A DNA stretch of 64,000 nucleotides, taken from an uncultured archaeon (GTDB lineage: Archaea > Asgardarchaeota > Hermodarchaeia > Hermodarchaeales > Hermodarchaeaceae). A model generated the notes under the pieces. The model worked only from the letters and a program-made list of their open reading frames with translations. It ran no database searches and had not been told where the DNA came from. Below, one piece after another: positions 9,511 through 18,926 of the stretch. A program made the position numbers and the translations under genes. How positions within the stretch are numbered: the first letter of the stretch is position 1; each line of letters starts with the position of its first letter. The DNA lies in contig CAYFXC010000002.1 of NCBI GenBank assembly GCA_964347045.1, forward strand, positions 32,001 through 96,000, in the 5' to 3' direction.

Positions 9511-11451
9511 ATGAATTCCGAATTGACAAAATTAAGAAAAATTACTTTAGTGACAGCTATTGCACTAGTGGGTCTCTTTCTATCTCTTGCGTATATCACA
9601 CCCCAAAATGCTTCAGTCCGGGCTACCTGGACCTATGCTAGCGGGTATGATCCTCACGGTGGTTACGTTGATCGAATAACTTTCGTCGTCTATCCATCTG
9701 AGGATATTGCACAAGCACTGCTTGCTCTGCAAGCAAATCAGGTGTATTCATACGACGAACGAATTCCACACCAGTCAGTGGCTGAACTCGATGCGGATCC
9801 TGACATTGAGGTAACCTCTATTCAGGGCGCCATTTACCGACAATTTACCATGCAATGCCAACGATTCCCCACCAACATTACCGGGTATCGGTTTGCATTA
9901 AACCAAGCCCTTGATAAACCACTCGTGGTTGCGAACGCGCGGGGTGGGTTTGCTGAACCCATGGACAGCGCTATTCCCCTACCTTATGCATTCTGGGAAT
10001 ATGAATCCCAAATGACCTCGCACTTTTATGCCTCTGACATCGCAGGTGCTAACGCAACCCTCGATGCTGCGGACATCATCACCGATGCAACCTACGATGC
10101 CGCATTTCCAGCGGAGGCCGGTTGGCGGTTCTACGATGCCAACGGGAACGGTGTCTGGGATGCCGGTGTCGATAAGGCTGGTCATATTGCTGCGCCCGAT
10201 GGTTTGGCGATTGAATTGTGGGCTTCTGCTGGTTATGACCCAGCTATCCAAGCTGTTACCGTAATGGTTGACAACATGGAATCATGTGGTCTCCACGGTA
10301 CCGTGGTTGAAGTGGACTTCAACGCCTTAATTGCGGGCCTTATTACCGGTGAATACAGTCTTGGTTGTTTCAGCTGGAACATCACCCCTCCAGGTGAACC
10401 ATTCCTACTCTACGACTTCTTCCACACCTTAGGAAGCAGCAATGGCCTCTTTTACCGATTCAACAACTCTGAATATGACTACAACGCTACCCAGTTTACA
10501 TTAGCCCCAACACGGTTGGAGGCGCGGAACTGGGCTTGGAATTGTAGTGCAATTCTGATCCAAGAGATGCCGATGATTGTCTGTTACAACGACGAGTACA
10601 CCCATGCGTACCGCACGGATATTTGGGAAGGATACGTACCTCAGGTTGCTATTAACCGGATGGGAGGTCAACCTTACACCTATCATCAAATCCGTCTAAC
10701 GGAAGAGGCTGGTGGTCCCTTTGGTTGTTTCCCGACTGACTACGTCACCGTGCTCTCTGAGGGTATGGACTACACCAACTACATTCAAAGCGATTCAGGC
10801 TACACACTGACTGTTATGGGCCTCATTTACGAAGCCCTTTGGGCCGTCGATCCCTTGGATCCAGATCAAGGTCTTGGACCCGCTCTTGCATACAACTGGA
10901 CCATTGAAGATACTGTCGCTTCAGGCGACATTGAAGATGGAAAGCTATTTACATTCCATCTGTATGAAAATGTCACTTGGCACGATGGTACACCCTTCAC
11001 CTCTGAGGATGTTCAATACAGTTTCATGAATATCCAACCATGGTCCCCACCAAGAGCAGCCAATCTACTAGAGATTTACCGCGTTGATGCACCCGATGAC
11101 TATACGGTTGAAATTTATTCAAACAGCTCTGGTTACATCGAATTCACTCGAGCAACAGGAGCGATAATTCTGCCCAAGCACATCTGGGAACCATATGAAG
11201 CGGGTAACTTCACGTGGAGCCCTGAAACCCCCTTCGATATGTCGGGGACAGGACCCTTCAAGTGGGTAACCCGTGTAACTGGACAGTACATCATCTTGGA
11301 TCGCAATGAAAACTGGCACTTTGGTGTTGTACACCCTGACCGACCGCCGTGCCCAACTCCAACTAATCCATTGCTCATTATCGGTATCGCTGTTGTGGTG
11401 ATCGTCGTCATCATCATCGCAGGTGTCTACTTCTTCAGAATCAGAAAGTAA
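9511..11451 (+). CDS. oppA: Family 5 (Opp/Dpp) substrate-binding protein, permuted domain order, C-terminal TM anchor
   Basis: N-terminal signal/TM, FTFHLYENVTWHDGTPFTSEDV and GTGPF motifs, C-terminal hydrophobic helix followed by RIRK. Confidence 0.88.
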   Translation: MNSELTKLRKITLVTAIALVGLFLSLAYITPQNASVRATWTYASGYDPHGGYVDRITFVVYPSEDIAQALLALQANQVYSYDERIPHQSVAELDADPDIEVTSIQGAIYRQFTMQCQRFPTNITGYRFALNQALDKPLVVANARGGFAEPMDSAIPLPYAFWEYESQMTSHFYASDIAGANATLDAADIITDATYDAAFPAEAGWRFYDANGNGVWDAGVDKAGHIAAPDGLAIELWASAGYDPAIQAVTVMVDNMESCGLHGTVVEVDFNALIAGLITGEYSLGCFSWNITPPGEPFLLYDFFHTLGSSNGLFYRFNNSEYDYNATQFTLAPTRLEARNWAWNCSAILIQEMPMIVCYNDEYTHAYRTDIWEGYVPQVAINRMGGQPYTYHQIRLTEEAGGPFGCFPTDYVTVLSEGMDYTNYIQSDSGYTLTVMGLIYEALWAVDPLDPDQGLGPALAYNWTIEDTVASGDIEDGKLFTFHLYENVTWHDGTPFTSEDVQYSFMNIQPWSPPRAANLLEIYRVDAPDDYTVEIYSNSSGYIEFTRATGAIILPKHIWEPYEAGNFTWSPETPFDMSGTGPFKWVTRVTGQYIILDRNENWHFGVVHPDRPPCPTPTNPLLIIGIAVVVIVVIIIAGVYFFRIRK

Positions 11452-11461
11452 GCTAAACGAA

Positions 11462-11495
11462 TGTAGGGCTTCGGCCCTACAACCCCTATTTTTTT
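11462..11495 (+). terminator. Perfect hairpin with cUUCGg tetraloop plus T-tract after oppA
   Basis: TGTAGGGC-TTCG-GCCCTACA followed by ACCCCTATTTTTTT. Confidence 0.8.
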
Positions 11496-11499
11496 CAAG

Positions 11500-12372
11500 G
11501 TGAATTCGATGAGTGTTGAATTTGATAAACGGCGGTTTCTTACAATAACAGCTCAAGTTGCCATTGCGTGCCTTTATGGCGGAATACTGGCGTTTATTCT
11601 TCTCAGCACGACAGAGCTCTCCTATCTCTCTCTGGCAGCAGCCTATCCCTTTCCGTTAAATATTTACATGGTGTTAATTTACGCAGGAATCGGTTTAGGC
11701 ATCGTCTTTATTCTCAATCTGTTTTTCCGATTCTCCTCAATACGACCAGATCGCCTTTTTGTATCCGTGCTCCTTTCGCCACTTCTGTTTCTTGCCACGT
11801 TAATCGTTGGTCATATCATTCTGTTATTTTTTTTACAAGGTGTTGAAAATCTGTTTCTGTATACAATGGTTGCGTTCGCTTCAATTTATTTCTCTATGTT
11901 TGCCATTCTTTTCATTATACTTGACATGCTTCCAACGTGGGGTAAACAGATCATGGTTATCTGGTATGGTGGCAGCATCGGAGCTTTCCTGGGTGTGGCT
12001 ATTCCCACGCTTCCCCTCTTTGTTTTGTTTGTTGCATTAGCTGCCATTGATATCTTCTCGGCTCAAGCGGTTCAACCGGACTGGTATAAGCGTGTTGACG
12101 GAATGGACTTCTTGGGTACCATGCTTGGTGGGACATTCATGGGTGTTGGCGATATCGTCTCGTATTCTGCAATTGTCGCACATTCTTTGGTCTATTTCGG
12201 TCTAATCGTTGCCATTATTTCAACCCTCATGCTTTTTCTTGGAGTAGCTGTATTAGTCGCATTATTTCAAAGACGAATTGAAAAACCGATACCTGGACTC
12301 ATCGTTGTCATATTTGGAATCATCCCGTGGATTCCAGCAATCATCATTGGAATTCTTACTGGCACAGGCTAG
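11500..12372 (+). CDS. Presenilin/SPP-family (A22) intramembrane aspartyl protease
   Basis: About 8-9 TM helices; LAAIDIFS (YD-like Asp), MGVGDIVSYS (GxGD), PIPGL (PAL-like). Confidence 0.72.
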   Translation: MNSMSVEFDKRRFLTITAQVAIACLYGGILAFILLSTTELSYLSLAAAYPFPLNIYMVLIYAGIGLGIVFILNLFFRFSSIRPDRLFVSVLLSPLLFLATLIVGHIILLFFLQGVENLFLYTMVAFASIYFSMFAILFIILDMLPTWGKQIMVIWYGGSIGAFLGVAIPTLPLFVLFVALAAIDIFSAQAVQPDWYKRVDGMDFLGTMLGGTFMGVGDIVSYSAIVAHSLVYFGLIVAIISTLMLFLGVAVLVALFQRRIEKPIPGLIVVIFGIIPWIPAIIIGILTGTG

Positions 12373-12502
12373 TCTACGGTATCAAATGGGCTGAATAATT
12401 TTTGAGATATTGGTTTCAGTATTTTACATAAACCATTTTTCTTGTGAGCAGCATCAAGCTGACCTGAATCAGGCAAAGAGATTCTTATCGGGAAGATAAT
12501 GA

Positions 12503-13735
12503 TTATGCAAACGGCCAACGATTGAGAGCTTCATCAAGTTCTATATGTGATTTGGCATATTCTTCAAGGGATTGTCCAGCCATAGTGGCATCCACAGCCA
12601 TGCGCATCGCCATTGCACCAACTCTGGTTCCTCGGGGATGACCGTGGATGCCTCCACCCGCCTGAATAATAAAATCTACTCCGAATATATCAATGAGTGA
12701 AGGAACATGACGGGGATGTAGCCCACCAGAAGCGACGGGTAATGTGGGTTTCAAATTTGCAAGTGGTTCTTTGCATTTGCGAATATTGATTTCAACTTCT
12801 TCTCGGTCTTCAGACATCTTTCCAACTGCTGTCCCCACATGTAACTGGTCAATCCCAAGCAACCGTGAAGCTGTCACAATGACAGGCATAGCTATTCCAT
12901 GGTTGGGAAGTTTGGTGAATGCGGCATGCATAGCGCGATGTCCATGTAAAATCAAGTTAAACCCTTGTTTCCGGAGAGTTGCGACCGCCGAATAGCCACA
13001 GGTCAGAATATCGATCATGGCTACGCGACCTCCATGGTCTTCCACAAATTGAGCCCGCCGTAGCATTTCTTTTGTTTCTGCTGTAACATTAATCAAGTAA
13101 ACTTTTTTATCGCCCGTTTCGTCTTCAGCCCGATCTCGTTGATCTAAGGTGGTCACGACTCGTTCTTCGAAGGGATTAAACTTCTGACTGGCAAGATTTT
13201 CATCATCTTTGACTACATCACACCCCCCGGCCCACGCATCAAAAGCAACTTTAGCATGATCTTTGGTGCGTAATCCAAGTTTAGGTTTCACAATGGTTCC
13301 AATAAGCGGTCGTTTAACAACCTTAACTGTATCCCGGATACCTTTAATACCGTAGGCGGGCCCTGGAAAACTTTGAATCAATTTCTTTGGAAAATGAATA
13401 TCGAGCAATCGAAGGTATTGAATATCTCCCAAACCAAATACATTCCCAGCAACAGAACTCATGATATTTGGAAGGTTGCCCGGTTCAAAGAGTTCAATGG
13501 GATAGGCAACATGAGCAATATTATCGTTGAGTTTAAAGACAGACGCGGCGAGTTTTTTCATATATGGCTTCTCAGTAGTTAATTCCGTCCAAGTACCTAT
13601 TGAGCTTTCAGCCGCCACGCCCCCAGCAGCCCATTCCATGCTCTTACTGGGATCGCGCAGTTCAATTCGAAAAGTGCAAATAGTGTCACTGACCGCAGGT
13701 TTGTATTTGGGATTGTAAAAATCCTCATATTTCAT
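12503..13735 (-). CDS. rbcL: RuBisCO large subunit, form III-type
   Basis: AESSIGTW, AGNVFG, KPKLG, KDDE, HRAMH, HVGTAVGK, SGG, GGG. ATG at 13735 has a GGAGG RBS; ORF track start 13816 is probably too long. Confidence 0.93.
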   Translation of the reverse strand: MKYEDFYNPKYKPAVSDTICTFRIELRDPSKSMEWAAGGVAAESSIGTWTELTTEKPYMKKLAASVFKLNDNIAHVAYPIELFEPGNLPNIMSSVAGNVFGLGDIQYLRLLDIHFPKKLIQSFPGPAYGIKGIRDTVKVVKRPLIGTIVKPKLGLRTKDHAKVAFDAWAGGCDVVKDDENLASQKFNPFEERVVTTLDQRDRAEDETGDKKVYLINVTAETKEMLRRAQFVEDHGGRVAMIDILTCGYSAVATLRKQGFNLILHGHRAMHAAFTKLPNHGIAMPVIVTASRLLGIDQLHVGTAVGKMSEDREEVEINIRKCKEPLANLKPTLPVASGGLHPRHVPSLIDIFGVDFIIQAGGGIHGHPRGTRVGAMAMRMAVDATMAGQSLEEYAKSHIELDEALNRWPFA

Positions 13736-13820
13736 TTGACTACCTCCAAATGTTTGAAACAATGTATAAGGAATTGTAATTAGTTGACCTAAAATCATTC
13801 TCTTTGTCAAGTTCAAAAAA

Positions 13821-14729
13821 TCAACCTATTCCTACAGCCAAAACCGTGAGAATAATTCCGATAACACAAGCAATGATGGCGATGAGTGTTGGCACATCAA
13901 AGTGTTCTTGTAGACTTCGCCAACCAATTATTGCTGCAAATAGCGGGGTTAACGAAGAGAGTAGAGCAACAGATGTTGTATCCATCAATTGGAGCGCCAA
14001 AGCAAAAGCAAGATAGCCCAATGTGAGAGCAAAAAGCCCTCCAAGACTCAAATAGATGAGTTTCTGGCGGGTTAGCGATTCTGCACCTTTGATAACTCGT
14101 TGTCCTAGGACGAGTGGAGTTAGGATGGCTAGAGCAATAAGCAGTCGGACCATTGCCACTATTACGAGATTGGTTGTTTGCAGAACGGAAGAAAGGAACA
14201 AGATACTAATACTCCAACTAATCGCAGTAGCAATAGCGGCACTGATTCCAATCCACATTTTTCGACGCGTGATAACATTCTCAGATTGCGCAGAGATATT
14301 CAACTGCCGACTGAGTAATGCAACTCCAGCTACTGTTATCATCGCGGCGGGAAACATGAGTAGATGCAAAGGTTGTGCCAAAAAAAGAATCTGCCAAAGG
14401 AGTACAAAAAGTGGATACGTAGCCGTGATGGGCACTCCACGACTAACGCCGATATTTTGAATTGTTACAAAATAGAGGACATCTCCCACAACAAAAGCCA
14501 ACAAACTACTCCCAACAATCAAGAAAAGATCCAATGAAGTGAGAAATAGAATCTGTGAGTAGAAACCAAGAATCAAGGCACCCAATGATAGCATAAGAAG
14601 TGGAAGAAGAATTCGGATTAGATTGGCAGTGAGCGGTGACACATCTTTTGCGCCTGTCTTATAGAAGGCGGCGCTGACAGCCCAAGAAAATGCGGCAATA
14701 AGTGCAGCGACGACGCCAATAAGTAGCAT
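13821..14729 (-). CDS. DMT/EamA family transporter
   Basis: Ten TM helices in two repeats; IGVSRGVPITATYPLF. Confidence 0.88.
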   Translation of the reverse strand: MLLIGVVAALIAAFSWAVSAAFYKTGAKDVSPLTANLIRILLPLLMLSLGALILGFYSQILFLTSLDLFLIVGSSLLAFVVGDVLYFVTIQNIGVSRGVPITATYPLFVLLWQILFLAQPLHLLMFPAAMITVAGVALLSRQLNISAQSENVITRRKMWIGISAAIATAISWSISILFLSSVLQTTNLVIVAMVRLLIALAILTPLVLGQRVIKGAESLTRQKLIYLSLGGLFALTLGYLAFALALQLMDTTSVALLSSLTPLFAAIIGWRSLQEHFDVPTLIAIIACVIGIILTVLAVGIG

Positions 14730-14831
14730 ATAATTTCGGCTTCCATCCCTTCTTCCTCCCTTTTACCTTTATCCTCCAACACACAGAGTTTTTATCAATC
14801 TATGAACCATCACAAACAAGTAGGTGATTAA

Positions 14832-15254
14832 ATGACAACGTATACAGGTGAGTTTCAGTTAGACACCCAAGGTGAACCCGATATTATCGATGTTACTCCA
14901 CTAGTCGAACAGCACGTAAAAAAAAGCGGGATTAAAACTGGCCTAGTCACTGTCTTTTGTACAGGTTCTACTGCAGCTGTGACGACCATTGAATACGAGC
15001 CAGGACTGCTCAAAGATTTACCTGACTCAATGGAAAGGTTTGCACCCCGCAATGCTGTTTATGAACATCATCTTCGGTGGCAAGATGGAAATGGTCATAG
15101 TCATGTCAGGGCCGCAATCATTGGTCCAAGCCTAACGATTCCAATAATGAAAGGAAAAATACCCCTGGGTACATGGCAACAAATCGCCATTCTGGAATTA
15201 GATGTCCGCCCGCGTTCTCGGAATATAATCGTTCAAGCCGTTGGTGAGAAATAG
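14832..15254 (+). CDS. YjbQ/UPF0047 family protein (secondary thiamine-phosphate synthase activity)
   Basis: GSTAAVTTIEYEPGL, NGHSH, LGTWQQI. Confidence 0.9.
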   Translation: MTTYTGEFQLDTQGEPDIIDVTPLVEQHVKKSGIKTGLVTVFCTGSTAAVTTIEYEPGLLKDLPDSMERFAPRNAVYEHHLRWQDGNGHSHVRAAIIGPSLTIPIMKGKIPLGTWQQIAILELDVRPRSRNIIVQAVGEK

Positions 15255-15261
15255 GTTAATG

Positions 15262-16044
15262 CTATTTCTGTCCTTTTCCAAGATAAATGCCCTGAGGATC
15301 AAGTTCACGGAGTTTTTCTAATTGCTGAATGGTCGGCTCAGCTGTAGTAGGAACATCATCAGGGATTATTAAATCGAACATAACATTTCTTTTAACCCAG
15401 TCAACTGTCACACCGGGATGAACTGATTTCAATCGAATGCGTTTTGTTTTAGGGTCAAAATCCATCTGGCACATATCAGTAACCACCATTGAGGGGCCAC
15501 CACCAATCAACCCAAGTTTCTCTCTGCTTCCCGGACCAGAGAGGTGACCCGGGCTAGTAAGGTAGTCAAGTTTTTTCACGAATTTCCGAGCATCATGTCT
15601 AAACATAAGTATTACGCGACTAGCAGAACTTGCAATATCATTTCCACCACCACTCCCTGGTAAGCGAACCTTCGGAGCTTCAAAATCTCCGATATAAGAA
15701 GTATTGATGTTTCCATATTCGTCGATTTGTGCAGCGCCCAGAAAACCCACATCTACTCGACCTCGCATCATTAGGAAGCCCAACGTTTCAATGAGTCCTA
15801 TTGATGCGGCAGCACGATAACCCAATCGTGAATCTGCGACAGATAATGCGAGGTCTTTGTTTTGAGTGTCAACATTCCCCCCTTCATAGATGATTATTGC
15901 ATTTGGAGCATGTGTCACTTTTGCAAGCATAGCACCAAGAACCGGAAGACCAGTTCCTGCAAACACTCGTTCACCATCTTGCACCGCATGAGCACCACAA
16001 ATAGCCATCAACTCCGTTGAAGTATAATCAACCATACCAACCAC
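15262..16044 (-). CDS. Family I CoA-transferase beta subunit (GctB-like)
   Basis: FAGTGLP, IYEGG (catalytic Glu), GFLGAAQID.YGNIN, RLPGSGG. Confidence 0.9.
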   Translation of the reverse strand: MVGMVDYTSTELMAICGAHAVQDGERVFAGTGLPVLGAMLAKVTHAPNAIIIYEGGNVDTQNKDLALSVADSRLGYRAAASIGLIETLGFLMMRGRVDVGFLGAAQIDEYGNINTSYIGDFEAPKVRLPGSGGGNDIASSASRVILMFRHDARKFVKKLDYLTSPGHLSGPGSREKLGLIGGGPSMVVTDMCQMDFDPKTKRIRLKSVHPGVTVDWVKRNVMFDLIIPDDVPTTAEPTIQQLEKLRELDPQGIYLGKGQK

Positions 16045-16050
16045 ATCTCA

Positions 16051-16962
16051 TTAATAGCCATATCGCGGATCCGCACGAAGCTCTTTCAATCGTTGCGATC
16101 CAATTTTTTTCAGTAACCCTTCGTGACTTTCGACACTAAGAATCCATTCACCCAAGTATTCTTGCCAACCTTCCTCCGTTTTACATTGTTGAACGTAATA
16201 CTGTAAATGAGGCAAATCGTAGTCATACATGCCGAATACCTGCATGGGCCAACTAGCAAAAGGAAGTTCTACGACATAATCCACATAAAGACTAGGAATC
16301 ATGGTTTTGTCCGAATTTTGGCGAATCTCTTCATTCGAAATGATTTTCTCGACAAAGACAATAGACTTCTTTGCACAGCGAGCAATTTCGTTATCTTCAC
16401 CTTTAATCCCAAAAATCTGGACGTTCCCTGACTGGTCCGCCTTCTGTGCGCAGATTACCCCAAAATCTGCTTGAATAGACGGTAAGAGAGTAATTGGTAT
16501 ACCTGTAAAGGGACAATCAATCACCTTGGCTTTATTTTTCCTAAGGCTGGTTTTTTCCAACATATCCGTTCCAATCATATGCCGAATCGGCATGAATGGA
16601 ACATTTAAGGCCCCACCTAAAAACCGTAATGCCATCGCAAGGTTCGAATAATCTTCGAATTTCACTTTGCCTTCTTTTGATCGTCGTCGGAGATTTGGAG
16701 CAAGACCTAAAGCCTCAATGGCAAAAAAAGCGACTTCGAATTCGAAGCACACTTCAGAACCAACGAGAATGTCTAAATCATGTTCTGAACCACAAGTGTA
16801 AATCCGGAGATCACGCTTCTTTTGTCGGATAAGTTCCATGGCAAAAGCTTCAGGGGGCCGTTGGTATCCGAAGCCACCCCAGGCGATATGGGCACCGTCA
16901 TGGACTTTTTTAGTAACTTCTTCAAGACTGATTCGTTTGTCTTCGATTGCGGCCTCAGTCAA
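16051..16962 (-). CDS. Family I CoA-transferase alpha subunit (GctA-like)
   Basis: GGFGYQRPP, GALNVPFMP, CPFTG, AQKADQSGN. Confidence 0.9.
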   Translation of the reverse strand: MTEAAIEDKRISLEEVTKKVHDGAHIAWGGFGYQRPPEAFAMELIRQKKRDLRIYTCGSEHDLDILVGSEVCFEFEVAFFAIEALGLAPNLRRRSKEGKVKFEDYSNLAMALRFLGGALNVPFMPIRHMIGTDMLEKTSLRKNKAKVIDCPFTGIPITLLPSIQADFGVICAQKADQSGNVQIFGIKGEDNEIARCAKKSIVFVEKIISNEEIRQNSDKTMIPSLYVDYVVELPFASWPMQVFGMYDYDLPHLQYYVQQCKTEEGWQEYLGEWILSVESHEGLLKKIGSQRLKELRADPRYGY

Positions 16963-17044
16963 TGATGTTCACCATGATTTGATTTCACAAAGATTGCTTA
17001 AGGTCTTAAAGGCTTACATCCGTCTAATACCGCATTTTTTTAAA

Positions 17045-18514
17045 CTAGCTAATTTTTGCTTGAAGAACGTCATTAACGGTAAACACTTCAAGCACGTTAG
17101 TTTTTCCTGGAACTAATGCAGAGGCTCTGACTACTACAATTCGTTCCTCGGCTTTGACAATCCCATTTTTATGAAGTTGTGTTATCGCCAGTTGGAGTAG
17201 CGCATCCAGATTTTCACGTTGTTGAAGGAGTATGCTTTCGGTACCCCAAAGTAATTTCATCTGTCGCTGAACTCTAATATTAGGTGTACATGCAATAATT
17301 CGGACAGGTGGACGATATTTTGAGACCATGCGAGCGGAATACCCACCCATGGTGAAAACTAGAACTATTTGAACATCCAGATTTTTTGCATGAGAACGAA
17401 CTGAGCGACCCAGTTCTTCTGCAATCAAGTGTTTTCCTGAATCATAGTAGGTCGATTTCCGTTGGGGAAATGAGGGAATTACTTGTCTCCCGATTGTTTC
17501 CATAACCCTAACCGCGGCAACTGGATGACGGCCAACTGCTGTTTCAGCTGAAAGCATTACTGCATCGGCACCATCTAATATTGCATTTGCGACATCACTT
17601 GTTTCCGCACGGGTGGGGCGAGGATTTCGAACCATGGATTCAAGCATCTGGGTGGCAACTATGACTGGTTTTCCTACTTTGTTACATTTGTGGATCATAT
17701 CTTTTTGAAGAAGTGGTACTTGTTCGGGAGGTATTTCCACCCCAAGATCACCGCGTGCTACCATGATTCCATAACTAGCTTCAAGGATGGCACCAAAATT
17801 TTCAATAGCCATTATATGTTCGATTTTCGAGATGATTGGAGTGTCTTTGCCTTCACTGTGCAAGAATGCTTGAACTTTTTCGACTTCATTTTTCTGTTTG
17901 ACAGCAGATATTGCTACAAATTCGGGATCTAGTTCAGCGATGAACTTTAGATGATTAATATCTTGAGGTGTGGGCACCGTCATACCTAAATCAATACCCG
18001 GAACGTTCACACCTTTTTCACTGCTAATTTCTCCACCTGTAACGACTGTGCTGTGGATCTCCGAACCCCTAATTTGGTCAACCCTGAGTTCAACTAAACC
18101 GTCATTAACAAATATACTTTGACCTGGTTGAATTAGCTTCGGAAGCGTTACTAATGATATAGAAACTCGAGCCGCATCGCCTATAACTGACTGGGTAGTC
18201 AAGGTTATTTGATCACCATCAGTTAAATCAAAGGGCGTTTCAACTTTACCAATTCGTACTCTCGGACCTTCGAGATCCATAAGAATAGGATTATTTGGGA
18301 GGTGCTTGCGAATTCGTTCGAAGCGGATTCGATGTTTTTCCAATGTTCCATGGGAGAGATTCAACCGTATGACATCCATACCTGCCTTCGCCATGTTCAT
18401 TAATTTCTCTGTGCTTTCACTGGCCGGACCAATGGTACAGACAATTTTGGAGCGGGTGGGAATCTTTCCGTGCTTCACCTTTCCACCACACCTTAAGACA
18501 TTGTTGAACACCAT
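17045..18514 (-). CDS. pyk: Pyruvate kinase
   Basis: KIVCTIGPAS, RLNLSHG, ISKIE, MVARGDLGVE, ATQMLESM, MLSAETA. True start may be a little downstream. Confidence 0.96.
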   Translation of the reverse strand: MVFNNVLRCGGKVKHGKIPTRSKIVCTIGPASESTEKLMNMAKAGMDVIRLNLSHGTLEKHRIRFERIRKHLPNNPILMDLEGPRVRIGKVETPFDLTDGDQITLTTQSVIGDAARVSISLVTLPKLIQPGQSIFVNDGLVELRVDQIRGSEIHSTVVTGGEISSEKGVNVPGIDLGMTVPTPQDINHLKFIAELDPEFVAISAVKQKNEVEKVQAFLHSEGKDTPIISKIEHIMAIENFGAILEASYGIMVARGDLGVEIPPEQVPLLQKDMIHKCNKVGKPVIVATQMLESMVRNPRPTRAETSDVANAILDGADAVMLSAETAVGRHPVAAVRVMETIGRQVIPSFPQRKSTYYDSGKHLIAEELGRSVRSHAKNLDVQIVLVFTMGGYSARMVSKYRPPVRIIACTPNIRVQRQMKLLWGTESILLQQRENLDALLQLAITQLHKNGIVKAEERIVVVRASALVPGKTNVLEVFTVNDVLQAKIS

Positions 18515-18636
18515 TTCTGCAACCTAATTAGTGTTACTGCTCTACTGATTCTCAGAGATTGGATGATTTAGGAAAAACCATAGCACCTTCGTGATGTTTA
18601 TAACTCATCTCTTTACAGAGGAACAACTGAGCCAAA

Positions 18637-18921
18637 ATGTATGTGACGATTCGTTACCTCAGCGTCATCCGAGATATCACGGGAACTCGTGAAGAAATAA
18701 TCGAAGTTGATAAGGGGGTAACCGTTGAAGAAGTACTAAAAATTCTTTCTAAAAAATATGGCAAGGCTTTTCAACGAATGATTCGTTCCGGTCGCGACAT
18801 TCGAGGTTTACAAATCATTTATTTTGTTGATGGGAAAAACATCACGAATTTAGAAGGGTTTAAGACAACGGTTCATAACCAAAGCGAACTCGTTATCATT
18901 CCACCAGTTGCCGGTGGATAG
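18637..18921 (+). CDS. MoaD/ThiS/SAMP ubiquitin-like protein
   Basis: 94 aa, beta-grasp pattern, ends IIPPVAGG. Confidence 0.92.
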   Translation: MYVTIRYLSVIRDITGTREEIIEVDKGVTVEEVLKILSKKYGKAFQRMIRSGRDIRGLQIIYFVDGKNITNLEGFKTTVHNQSELVIIPPVAGG

Positions 18922-18926
18922 TTAGA

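Noticed and set aside
12503-13816. RuBisCO-like protein (form IV), and the longer start at 13816
   Set aside because: Catalytic motifs including the loop-6 Lys are present, and the GGAGG RBS supports ATG 13735.
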